In this document: piece by piece, positions 25,242 through 40,128 of the stretch
Numbering within the stretch: the first letter of the stretch is position 1
How the letters are laid out: the number at the start of each line of letters is the position of its first letter
NCBI GenBank assembly: GCA_038496445.1
Contig: JALMLS010000594.1
Location: forward strand, 62,001-126,000
DNA: 64,000 nucleotides
Source of the DNA: Trichosphaerium sp. ATCC 40318
Taxonomy: Eukaryota > Protista > Tubulinea
Reading direction: 5' to 3'
Position numbers and translations under genes: made by a program
The notes under the pieces: generated by a model
What the model was told of the DNA's origin: nothing
Seen by the model: only the letters and a program-made list of their open reading frames with translations
Database searches by the model: none

Positions 25242-25658
25242 TGTTAGCTTCAGACTTTTGAATCTTGCGAGTTTTCTGTCAGTTAGAGTCTTTCACCTTG
25301 TTTGTTATACTCAGATTTCATGTTTTATAGAACAGGTTGCAATCATACCATTATAATCAGTTGGTTTTACATTTCACTTTATTGTATGTGTCACATGGGC
25401 ATAAAAGTGACTTGCAAAAAGCACGTGACAAACGAACCATCAACCAAACATACGCACCGTTTGATAGTCCAACTTTGGATGCAATGTCTTTGCGAAGCGG
25501 CAGCGCATCCATTAAAAAAGTGCGAAAACTGCGCTTTCTGAAAAGAAACTGAAGTTATTTATTTAGAAAAAAGTCAAAGTAGTTTGCCTTGGTTGCTATT
25601 ATCTTAAAACCAAGCGCCACCGTACTAGCACTTCAATTAATTGTATTTCAAGCTCTAA

Positions 25659-28326
<2,668 letters not shown>

Positions 28327-28965
28327 AAAAGAAGGGGTAGACCAGAAATCTGTAAATACATTTGAATAAAAAGCTGAAGAAATTATCTTATTTTCACGTG
28401 ATCTGAAAACACAACTTTATCACTAAACTACGTGAAGAAAAACAAAATTTTGTAGAGGGATGTCCTAACAGCCATGATCACTAGCGTTTACATACGTTTC
28501 ATTAACTATTCTTTGAAGAAGGAACAGAGGTTGTATGAAGAGAATAAAAACAGCTTCGTAGCAATTTTTTTGGAATTGTTTGCTTGTACCACCTCCTGTG
28601 AGCCATACAACCATCGTGTATGTATTCAACACCGTGGGATATAGTGAAATGAAAACATACCATTAATGAGTAGTGACAGATGGTAGTTTTAAAAACCAGG
28701 GCGCTCAATTTTAGATAAGGGAGTATATCTTTCGTGCAGTAAAACTTCGTTTCTTTTCTGTTTAGTGACAAAAATATGTTTTCCACTACACGCACCTCGT
28801 AATTGTCGTCAATTGGCTACTTGTAAAATAAACACAGCTTTTTTTGTCAGGTACACAAATGCCTCGCTAAGTGGAACTTTCTTGAGTGATTGACGTTTGT
28901 TATTTGAAGTACACATTTTGGTGTCCGCAAAAGTCTTTTTTAATTCAAAACAACAAATCTTCAAC

Positions 28966-29904
28966 ATGTGGGGCAACACAGGACCAAGACCAGTACTAGG
29001 CGGCATTATTCCAGCAGAAAAACTTGTACCAGTTACAGGCGTTCCTATGCTTCCAGGCGAAATACCACCAGTCCATCCTGAAGGATCACCAAACGAAATA
29101 TGTGTTCGAGATGTACCGCACCCTATGGTGTTGCTTCCAGGTCGCTGGGCAACGAAAGCAAACGAACCTGCTAATTTTACTATTGTCCCTGTTAGAAACA
29201 TTCAACGTACGTTTCAAACAGTCGCACGTGAACAAATCACGTGATTTTATCTATTTTTCAGTGTTTGATTTTTGTTTCAGGTGGCGTTCAAGCTAATACC
29301 CAAAGAATGATGAACGAAGAGTTTGTCTTCTCGAACTTTGGAAATGAAATAAACAAATTTGCAAACCAATTGGCTCAAGGATGTGCTTATTCGCGTACAG
29401 TAACAGCAGTTGGTGTAGACCGTAGACAGATCCATGATGAAAGAGGATACATGGTGATGTACGAGTTTTCTCACCTTTTTCTTCTTTTTTGTTTTTTATT
29501 GACATTACAAAGAGATAATACTGGTCAGACATACCGCCCTATGTGTATTGGCCGCGGTATGGCTGTTCTTGCTGGAATGAAATCAGGTGGGTTTATTAAA
29601 CCTAGCCGCGGATTTTACGTGATAAGATTTGATGCAAAGCGTGGAGACCGTAAGTGTTTGTATGGTTTAGGTAGAGTTTTTGTTGATTTATTGTTTAGCC
29701 GACTTCAGCATTTTGAACAACCCTATACTTGAAAGAAGTGGTGACATGACGCAAATTCAAAGCACTTTCTGGCTTGACACTACTGTATCTCCTTGGAAAC
29801 TTGAGTATGAAGAGCGTATACTCCTTGAAATCCAAGACAACCGCCAATTCTTTATCCATACCCAGCGTGCAAAGTTGTACAAAGATCCAGTTGGCGCAAT
29901 ATAA
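28966..29904 (+). CDS. Nitrobindin-like heme-binding beta-barrel protein (bacterial DUF1794/THAP4-type), 3 introns
   Basis: LLPGRW, IHDERGY, IGRGMAVLAG, AKRG..FSILNNPILE and LEYEERILLEI..FFIHTQRAKL follow the bacterial FABP/nitrobindin pattern (FHDQVGY, IPRG, YGI.SNPFL, F.HTD.N.L). Confidence 0.7.
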
Positions 29905-30994
29905 TTGGTGTTTTTGTCTTTGATGGTTGTAGAAGAATACAAATAAAGCCCTATGTTTACAGTTTCAAAAATTGCGCTTTCAGTGGTATGCATACTATTT
30001 GTTTGGTATATCCTCGTGAAGCTACAATTCCTACTTTATTCTTATTTAAACGGAATCTTCAAGTCACTTTCGTACACTAAATGGTTAATTGGTATTACTT
30101 TTCTCTTGTTGCGTTGGCCTGTTGTGAACTTTCTCCTTTTTTTGTTGCACTATAAATATCATTGCTGTCTAGTAGACCACTAATACAATGAGTAACATGC
30201 TTAGGGTCAATTTCTTTCCTTGCCAGTATTCATTTAACCTTCAATTAGCCTGAAAACGAATTTTCACTATGTGAATAGTAAAAATCAGCGACACAATGTA
30301 GTTTTAAGTTCTAAACACTGCTTAAATATATTAAGCACAGTTTTTTACGCTTGCTACTAAGACACAGCAATCATGGAGTCATAAAAATAGCAAAGTTGGA
30401 GTTTTTTATGCGTTTTGCAACCATTTAAAGTACAATGACATTTGGTTGATTAGGCTGTAGTTCATAAAACGTGCTTGCGCCAGAAAGGTTTCTAACCTTT
30501 CCAAAAATCTCCAAACCAGGCGCTAGAGGTAAAAGTTCGGTGGTGCGAGGAAAACATCGTGGAGACGATTCTCACCTCAGTAACCTTAAAATACTTGCCT
30601 GAACGAGTGAGTATAAATTTTAGCTTTCGTTGGGCGATCTTCGCTCTAGGCGCGTTTAAAGCGTAAGCCGATATACGTGTAAAATAATACCGCTAAATCT
30701 CACCGCGCTTTCTTGAAAAATAGATCGCGTCCTCTATTAAAAGCGAGGCGAAATGCCTAACAAAATTAAACAGCACGTGTCTAAACTGAAGCTAGTTCTC
30801 TTTTTAGTAAATTTTTTTTTTAAGAGTTCTCGCGTTCCTTTATTTTTCGTACATACGCAAGCTTTTGGCGTGCTTTGTCCTGGTGTGGGGGTATCTGTAA
30901 CGCTCCGTACTCTAGAAACATATTGACTATAAGAATCATGTAAATAAAGTAGTTTTTAATATAATCTCGTATACGTTATCTCTTGGAACCTTAC

Positions 30995-32044
30995 ATGCTG
31001 AACTTACCAGTTGAGATCCAACTCGATATAATAGACTTAGATAGTACTTTATACACAATATGGCCATTATTATCCAGGAAAGCAGCATTAGATACACGTT
31101 TCGATGAGGACATGAATAAACATCGTCGTTGGAAGCGTTTTAGTTTATCACGTGATAAAAATAAAGTGATACTCCTTGAACAGCAGCATTTTAATCATGG
31201 TCGATGTGACGGAGAATACAAAGAGTACTACGATACCGGAGTGGTAAAAAAACAAGCGTACCTACTTGACGATAAGTTAAACGGAATATTCAAGCAATAC
31301 TATCCTAGCGGAAAATTACAACATGAACGAAACTATAAAAACTCAAAAAGAGAAGGTCCTTGTTGTTCTTTCTTTGAGAATGGACAATTACATGTACGTA
31401 CTCACTACAAGAATGGCAAGTATCATGGACAGTATATTGAACACTATCATAACGGTCAAATGCACGTGAGATGCCTTTACGACAATGGAAATAAAGATGG
31501 AGAATCAAAATCATGGTATCCAAACGGAGTAACGAGGTCACATTGCTTCATGAAGCAAGATAAAGTTCATGGTACATTTCTACGATGGCATGAAAACACA
31601 GGCGCTAAGCAAATAGAATGTTTCATGTCTGAAGGTGTTGATGATGGTCTGTACACGCAATATTACGAAAACGGCAAGAAGCAAATACAAAGAAATTACA
31701 AAAACGGTATCGAGCAAGGTGAGCATAAAGAATGGCACATAAATGGTAACATACGGGTACTATGTAATAAAAAGAATAATTATGAAGATGGTTTGTATCA
31801 GGAGTGGTATGAAGATGGTCAGCTGAAAGTACAGTGCTTTTATGAAGATTGCAGAATGCATGGCGAATTCAAGGAGTGGTTTTCAACAGGTAGAATGAGA
31901 TTCTTTTGTTTATATGATAATGGTAAACTTAAAGGGACATATAAAGAGTGGACGCCAAACGGAAAAATAAAAGAAAAGCGTTACTATACAGCAGGTAAAA
32001 TGTACAAGCAAAAACGTTGGAACGCAAGAGGCCAAAGGATATAG
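30995..32044 (+). CDS. Intronless F-box-like + MORN-variant (MORN_2/YwqK-like) repeat protein
   Basis: MLNLPVEIQLDII N-terminus, then ~11 repeats of G.Y.E(W/Y)Y.NG....YKNG. Confidence 0.88.
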   Translation: MLNLPVEIQLDIIDLDSTLYTIWPLLSRKAALDTRFDEDMNKHRRWKRFSLSRDKNKVILLEQQHFNHGRCDGEYKEYYDTGVVKKQAYLLDDKLNGIFKQYYPSGKLQHERNYKNSKREGPCCSFFENGQLHVRTHYKNGKYHGQYIEHYHNGQMHVRCLYDNGNKDGESKSWYPNGVTRSHCFMKQDKVHGTFLRWHENTGAKQIECFMSEGVDDGLYTQYYENGKKQIQRNYKNGIEQGEHKEWHINGNIRVLCNKKNNYEDGLYQEWYEDGQLKVQCFYEDCRMHGEFKEWFSTGRMRFFCLYDNGKLKGTYKEWTPNGKIKEKRYYTAGKMYKQKRWNARGQRI

Positions 32045-32220
32045 GATTTGATGGAGTTGTAAGCAACAAAAAACCAGAGAAATAAATTGTTTTTTTTTTT
32101 TTTTAAGTCAGTTTATTGACACGACGGTACATTCCAACATGAAAACATGAAGTACAGCAAAATCCTAAGGGTTACGATCCCTTCGCCGTTAAACGATTAT
32201 AGGTGGACCACACCTGCTAG

Positions 32221-32676
32221 CTATAGCAAAGGTAGGTATAAATGAGATTTGTCGTTTGGGTTTTTGAGTCTATTTGTAATGAGCTCCAAGTGTTCTTCAA
32301 TGAGGTTGCGATGTTTAGTGAGAGAAGGTAATCCTTCTGAATGGCGGGCAGCGTTATAAAAGATCCATGTCCATTTGACGAGAGCACCAAAGATAATTTT
32401 TTTTTTTGTAGTGAGTGTAGATAGCGTGTGCAGAGTATCGGCATTGTACTTCATCAAGATGTTGAGGCGTTTCATAGTGATTCTAGTAATATCGGCTGGA
32501 GGAGATTTAAAGAGTATCCACATGATATGATCTTGTTCCGCATCGTATGCACATCTTAGAGTGCGTAAAATTGATCTTAATAAATAATCACGTAATATAG
32601 GAAAAAGTTTAAAGTGGTTGCTTTTGTGTAGGATTTTGAAAGTATTTTCTAGTTTAGAGCCATGTTTGTTTAGCAT
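32221..32676 (-). CDS. Hypothetical protein (5' end uncertain; frame open to ~32805)
   Basis: 151-aa ORF with no recognisable motif. Confidence 0.4.
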   Translation of the reverse strand: MLNKHGSKLENTFKILHKSNHFKLFPILRDYLLRSILRTLRCAYDAEQDHIMWILFKSPPADITRITMKRLNILMKYNADTLHTLSTLTTKKKIIFGALVKWTWIFYNAARHSEGLPSLTKHRNLIEEHLELITNRLKNPNDKSHLYLPLL

Positions 32677-33299
32677 TTCCTTGACGCGAGCTGTAGGTTC
32701 ACCTAGGTTGGCAGCGTGAAGCTTGTAGAGCTTTTTAGCTGAGCGTGGGGTTGGCCCGAGAAATAAATTGTAGCGGTTTGCAGCACGTGGGAAATGTGCG
32801 TTTCCTAAAGCGTACGACTAACCCTTTGTGTGTTTCCTACATAGTGGTAAAGAGAACAGTTCCATTGTGGTGTTTATAAAACAATAATAAAATGGCGTAG
32901 CTGTGGCCATCAGCCATAAAACTCACGTCATAGCTTTTTTAATGCCTAGCAACCACTTCTTGAACTTTGTACTATACAAATGGTTGACTGTCATGGATGT
33001 AGTTTACACTCATGCGATTGGTTTAGGCCTATGATCCTCCAGTAGCAAACTTGGGCAATAATCACTTCGGTAAAGCGGGCGGCAATGTCCGCTCACTACG
33101 AAAATTCTGAGTTGTTACAAATGAGACGCTAGGCACTTACCTCAGCTAAGTAAACGCGATGCATACCAGAAAAGAAAGTCGTTGTGAATAAAAAGCAACG
33201 CATAAATACATCTCACTAGATTTGATCAAGGAAAGAAAACAAGAGGAAAGCAGGTATGAAAAGGGTTTTGGAGTTGTTTTTGGAACGCTTAAAAAGTGG

Positions 33300-34082
33300 T
33301 ATTGTATGTTTCATTCAAGTTTTACTAATATTTTCTAGAAAGTGAGTTTTTAGCACTTTTAGCAGATCTAGCAAGATCTGACACTTCTGTCAAATGGTGT
33401 AGATCTATCACAATGTGAACTATTTGTGCTACAATGTTGTCCTTCGTTGTATGACTTAGGTACCTTATAGTAAGTGATAGCAAAATTGTCAATGTAAGTT
33501 TCAACAGACCATGGAAGATGATCGCAGTATTTTACCTACGCCAACTGTACACGGTACGATCAAACCACAGAGGTGTTCAATGCGCTAAAAGCGAATTAAA
33601 AAGGTATGATGTCCTACAAAGCTATCGCATTACCGCCAAACACGGTATGAATGCCTCAAACACTGTTTGCTGTATGTTTTGCTTCAAAAATCAACGTACG
33701 TGTATAACTTACTAGCGCTACGCTAGCGCTACGCTAGCGCCTACCCACGCTAACAGAAGCGCTATGGTAGCATCCAAGCAGCAATGAAGGTGTAACAACG
33801 TCAAAACCGCCCCAAAACACCACCAGCGTTGCTGTAGGCTTTGTAAACGCCGCTACGCGTCAAATATGTAAATAAAAAAGTTTGCTCTGGGTTTGTTAAA
33901 TCACGTGGGTTTGAAACGGTTGAATTCACTGGACAGGCGTGAGGGTAGATCACATTTAAAAAAATGACAATTTGCAAGATCTGTCAGAAGTGTCAAATCC
34001 GTCAGATCTGACAGATCGGGCAGAAACTGGATTTTTTTTGCTAAAAGTCAGTCTGTCTCAAAACTTGAATGAACAGACAATA
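33300..34082. mobile_element. Non-autonomous DNA transposon (MITE-like, ~780 bp) with ~21-bp TIRs and flanking TA
   Basis: Left end TA|TTGTATGTTTCATTCAAGTTTT; right end AAAACTTGAATGAACAGACAA|TA. Sub-terminal GATCTGAC/GACACTTCTG motifs at both ends, internal CTAGCGCTACG tandem, and a second copy at 15.5-16.3 kb. Confidence 0.75.
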
Positions 34083-34514
34083 TTAAGTAAACGACAAATC
34101 ACTCATTTGCAAACCAGACATGAAGCTACTGATTGTATTACTTGCGTTTACATGCGTTATTTGCGCTGTAGAATGGCCACGTTTGCTTTAGAAGGTGAAA
34201 CGGCAGTTTGTGTAATTGCGTACGGAAAATGCCTGTCTTGGATACGACTGAAGGTTTTCCACTTCCTACACGTGCTAATGTACAAGAAGTATGCTATAAT
34301 ATACCACATAGCGCTTGGAGCTTGTACCTGTGCATTGTCACTTAACCTCCGAGACACGCTCAAGATATTTTGTGGTTAAATTCTTAGAAAATTCTTGAAC
34401 CACTTCTTTCCAAATGCGTTTTGACAGTTACAATGTGAGATTAAAGAATCTTTATTTATGAGGTGTTAATTGTTGGTGATCAACACGTGGTATTCGATTG
34501 ATGTTGCCAAAAAG

Positions 34515-37500
34515 TTATGGTAGTATCAGCAAATAACAGATCAAGAAGGAGAGTGTAGCTGCAAATGATACTAGGGATTTTGCGCCACCCACGGTACGTT
34601 GCTGTATATTTCCCATAGTTTGTGCAGATTCAAATGGTGAAGCAGGAGCTATTACAGGTTCTCCCCATTGTCCTGATACAGACATGGCATCGGGGCAAGC
34701 TATTGTTCCGTTTCTTGTGCCATCTAAAGTACACTTATAAGTAACAGAACAAGGAAGATAAAAGGAAACAAGAGAAACTGTAAGACTCACCAAGTACTTC
34801 AATGTGTGGAATAGACTCAAGGGCTGTCAAGTAGTCATCACATTTCATAGCCTTCAACACATCTTCCCTTGTAGGTATACCATCTGTGTTTACAACCAAG
34901 AATTAGTATTCGAACAATGGTATTTAGTGTTACCTGCAATTGCAATTGTGATTTGACCAAAATTAGCTTGGGTTAGTTTAATGCGGTTTGGATCAACAGT
35001 ATCGACATGAGGAGATACTTTCTCGATTCTAGCTGACAACAGTATTCGTATCTGAGTTAGAGCCCACTAAGAGAAATAATAAGTAAGCTGGTAGACGTAA
35101 AAACCATACTGTGGTGAGAGGTCCAGTGAGGGTCTTGATGCGGAAAGTACCAAGTACATCAGCGGATGTTGCATTAGAAGCTGGATATGGATTCGAGTCT
35201 ACAATCGTTCCCCCAATATCAACGACTCCTTCTCCTGATGGAACTTCTATCTTCTTTACAGGTTTGGTTCCTGGAGGGTAAACAAACGTGGTGTGGCCAA
35301 CTAAAGCATAATGTAAACGATAGACAAACGAAACAAAAAAAGTTATTTACCATTATTGATCTTCCATGGATTGTCTGGATTTGGTACAATATCATCAGAT
35401 CTTGATTGCACATGATCAACTACAACACGATCTTCATGAGGTACAAATCCATCAACGCATTGAGAAGGTCCTCTGGCTGACATGGATGGTCCAAAAATAG
35501 TTGTTTTGTCAGCAGGGATAACAGAGCTGTTTTTGGTGATAATACAGCGATCAATTGTACCACCGTCGTCTTTCAACTGAAGCGAAAGAGTTAATAATAA
35601 AGGGTTGGACTCTAATTAAGGTATATATAGCGTACCCATATATTAAACTTATGAATGCCTACATCAAGGTTTGCTGTGATACTTTTTGGGTTCCATAACC
35701 AAAACCATCTTCCACCACCTGTTCCTCTTTCATCTAACAAACAAGTAAGGATTCCGAATAAACATGTGTAACCTATACCTAAGAGTTTGCCATCAATACC
35801 AATGTAATAGCCTTGTCCGCCTTTTTGAATGGCGATGGCTCTGCAAACAATTGTGTATGTGCCAGCCTCTGTGATCTTAAAAACAAAAGGGGTAAGAACT
35901 GACTTGTGCTATGGATGGACACTTGTAAACTAACCTTTAAGTTGTAGTCTAATCGAGGAGCGTTATCGATATCTTTTGAACCTATAACCAAACCTTGCTC
36001 TGTTGTCCTCATTACAGTTTCACCAGCTATAATCGTGTAAGAATATTGAACACGTGGAAACAGTTCTAAAGCTATTTCTAAGTTGTTTACCTGCATCTGA
36101 TTTTTTAAGTCTAAGCCACTCGTGCGTTTCAGACTTCACTTTATAATCGTAGAGTTCAGTTTCTATAACAACAGTACCATCATTTTCTTCATAGTACTTA
36201 CACGCTTCCTGAACACGCATAAGAGCTTCAATAGCAAACGAAAAGTCAAACAATAACGTACTGGAACAAATGGACCTTCGTTTGGGCCAGGAGGTGTTTT
36301 ATCAGTGAGTTGCAGTACATGAAAGTAACCAACACTTTCATGATACCAGTATTTTCTACGTCTGTCTGTGGAATGAGTTAGTGTTCTAGTATCATCCCAC
36401 ACATGAACCTAAACAAAGTACGTTTCAGTAAACATCCAACACTAAAAAGATTGCGTACCCAAGCAATGTCTCCATTAGGTAGTTGCTGAAATACGCTATT
36501 TCTGAGAGAGAAGAAACCCTTGTGCGTAATCTCTTGAGGACCACGTTGAAAGACACCATCTATACAGAGAGTTAATCTTGTCACTTCATGTTTCATAAGG
36601 TTCACCTTTGTTTATTTCTGCAACATAATATTGCTTTCCACTACCAAGATTCCATTGTGGTGTAGTATACCAAAACAACAAGTAATTATTGCGCTTGTAC
36701 TTTATCAAACGGCCACCACGAGCCCAGTGGTTGTTATAATCTGTGATCCAAATTTTTTCAACAACATTACCGTGTACATCAAGCTAAGAATGTGGAAGTC
36801 AGTCGAGACTTTTAATTAACAGATAGTGGGTGGCTCTCGTTTACCTTTATTAGACCAACATCAGTTCCGTTGGCTTGAAATGTCTTAGTAGGACCAAATG
36901 TTTCGTATCTAGGACCACAGAAAGTGAGCATGAAGCCATCACCTTCGTGGTTCAAAATAATATCACCTATTCAAAAAGATGGTGAGTTCACGTTCGATAG
37001 ACGAAGAAATGGTTGTACCTAGAGCTGCTTCGGCTTTAATATTCCTAGTCTTAAACTTATACAGACTTACACTGTTGTTAAGAGGGTTGATGGTTACAAT
37101 AGTTCCAAAATCTCCAAGATGTACTATGATCAATAATAAGTCAAGTGTACAAACGCAAAAGTTTTCGAACAGAAAGCAAGCATTTCGTATTTTTCCTTGT
37201 TTGTGAGCATACCTGGTATGATATTTCCCGAGTTTGGGTCTACACCTACACGACTATCTACAGGGTGACCGTTTCCGCCTAATATTGCAGTTAAACTCAG
37301 GGGTATAATTCAGTGTAGTGTACCCCAACATTTTCCATAAACTGGTTTTGATGAGTCGCTATTAACCCTAGCTCCAGCGTTGAAATCTGGTGGTCCAGAA
37401 GCGTTAAAGTAACGCCAGGTTTGCGCGGTATGACCAACGCTGCCACTACCCGTACCCAAACCTAGAGCGATGTTATTGGTTTTATAAATGTGACTTTTCG

Positions 37501-38785
37501 TACATGATGGAGCACGTCCATTAACAACATGTGTTGCCAAGTAACTTGGCCCATTTCCGTATAAATTAGGAGAGTATGCTAGAGAAGCTTTACCAGCTAA
37601 CCTAAAAGGCCAGTCAACACGACACAGTTCCAGAAACAAACGCGAGTTAAACGCTCAGTCAAGCATCAAGAATTTTCCATAAACGTACCAAGGCCAACCT
37701 CCAAGTCTAGTAACAAGTGTTAGAAGTCAAGATGAGAGAGCAGTTAGAGTACCTGTTTTCTATAATTTTCTCAACCACTCTATTACCGTTTGCGTCTATT
37801 TTTAAAAACCACATGTCCTTCCATCCTTCAGATGTTTGATCTTGAAGACCTGTAGATACCAAAGATTGATCTTCGAGTCGGCTAAACATGATAGCCATTG
37901 AATCATCATCATGAAGAACGAACCCAGCTACTCTCTTTGGAAGCTTATCAGTGATAGCAATGTTGCTCTACACCAGATTTAGCAAAAATAATAAAAATAC
38001 AGTTTGGGAAGACGTTTCACATCACGTGAGCGAGAAAAACAAAAAAATACAACTGATAGTTGAGAAGAGCAGGAAAAAAAAAAGTTCACAAAAACCATGA
38101 CCCAAATCCTAACTTTTGTCCCGCCTCACAATAGAGTCCCCTAATTTGGTGTATAATATCAAGACGTCGGGAAAACAAAAAGGGAACAACAGAACTGTAT
38201 TTGGGACCAAGAATAAAAGTGAATCACAAACTCCCATGCCATGTTAAATTGAAAGGATTTTAAAAGCTCAAAAGTGTGATTTAAAAGGTATAGAAAGTAG
38301 TTTTGAAAATACAAAGTTAGTTTTTATGATTTCTTACCTTTACAGACCAATCTACAGTGCTTATAGTAGTTATGTGTACTGCTCTGACATCTCGAAACGC
38401 GAGGTTATTACAACAAGAATATGTACCCTCTGTCCAAACCACAACGGCTTCATTACCGCTGGATTTAATTCTGAACCACATAGGGGCTACTACACCATTA
38501 CGATGAAACCCATTTACTCTAGTTTATTATTAAAAAAAACGTGTTAAAACTCGACTACTGCAAACGAATTCGTAGACCACAGAGCGAAAATACAACGTAC
38601 TGCAGTAATTGTATAAAGCGTGCTGTGCTAGACTCCCACAGTATTGGCTTGTTCCCTGGTGTATCTACTCTCTGTACTTGAACGTTGAAAGGATCCCACC
38701 ATGATGGAAATTCAGTAGCGCAGCAAAGTACTACTAGTGTGGCTAGCACTAAATTAAGCGTTAAAGAGTTGTATGAGCTACTCAT
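34515..38785 (-). CDS. GPI-anchored CBM-like surface protein, copy 2 (inverted paralog of 20404-24664)
   Basis: Exon translations are nearly identical to copy 1; differences concentrate in the introns and the pre-GPI linker. Confidence 0.8.
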
Positions 38786-39689
38786 AATGACACTTTTTGG
38801 TTAAAAATCTCTACTTAAAAAGCGGATAATTAAGTCCCAAGTCATCACATGCGTCAGATATGTCGCCTGTGACATGAGTCTCAAACCAATGATGCTAGCT
38901 CTGAACCTGTATATAATAGGTAGGTTGAAGAATACCAAACAAACACAAACTCACATTGCGCACGTGTTTTAGCACAAATTGCGTGGAATAATTTATCCGC
39001 ATTTACAATGTATCTCCTAGTTTTGCAGGTCTTATTGTAACGTTCTTATAGAACTTACAAAATAGGTCAGATCTACCAAACACGAATACCATAGTCACTA
39101 TTATCCGCGTTAAAACTAGCACAATGTGAACCCTTTATCTGTCAGTTTTCTTGTAGACGTTTAAGCCATCAGCAATGTGCACATATCATGTGCACCACCT
39201 ATCTTATGTGCGAAGAAAATCATCTATCAACCAACAAGAATATTCCTAGTCAAGATGAAAGCAATATTATAGAATGCGTGTAGGTGCTACTCAAACAAAG
39301 AAGAATATAACACTTCAGGGAAAAAAAAGGTATTATCATGATGTTTGTAGACAGTGAGCTTATTGTTAAGAATATACTGATGGTACACTGTGTAACACTA
39401 GTATTCTGAGACATTTTGAGTAGTTGGGGCAGTCTGGCATGTGCACGCTACTTCTAACGCTTCGTATTAACACTAACAAAGCATAGTAGACTCAAACGTT
39501 TGCTAGTTGTGTAGAAAAAGGTACAAGCTTTTTTCCTAGCTCTTTCTACACCAGTATGGTACCCAACACGTACGCAATAACAAATTGCAGTTTTAACAAT
39601 CATGTGCGTTTATTACAGGCAAGAAACACAACATTGCTATGCCTTTGTAAAATTATGTAAAAATTGTTTGATTCAAATGGTTTTAAAAA

Positions 39690-40098
39690 TCACGTGCGTA
39701 ATAAATAAAAAGCTTCAAAAACTATTACTCTGACAACCAAACCGTGTACTGGCATGAATCACATTTTTGAGGCTTGCTCGTTCTGTCAAAGTGTCAAATC
39801 CGTCGGTTGTTTAAGTCTAAAATCAGTAGTGTCAGATTGTTTATTAATATCAGTGGTTTGATTCATGTCAGATGCTGTTGGATTATCGAGATGAGGTTAT
39901 ACTACGAGTTGTTACAGGTACCGTAACGAGGAAGGAATAATATAAATTATACAGGAAAGAATTACAATGACCGCCTTTTTTGGTGTCTATCTCAGATTTG
40001 TCACGTGCTCTTCAACACAAAAGACGCTCACCCATTGTATTGCTTGCTTGTAAATAAACTGTTTTAGTTTGTACTTGTACTGTATTTTTTTTTTGGCG
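39690..40098. repeat. Inverted paralogous segment joining 12769-12989 directly to ~15419-15660
   Basis: Minus strand reads GGTACCTGTAACAACTCGTAGTATAACCTC|ATCTCGATAATCCAACAG...GACGGATTTGACACTTTGACAGA. Confidence 0.75.
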
Positions 40099-40128
40099 CC
40101 ATGCAATTTTTATGTGAAATACTCTTTT

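Noticed and set aside
30995-32044. YwqK antitoxin or bacterial contamination
   Set aside because: No toxin partner, an F-box-like N-terminus, and contiguous with intron-rich genes.
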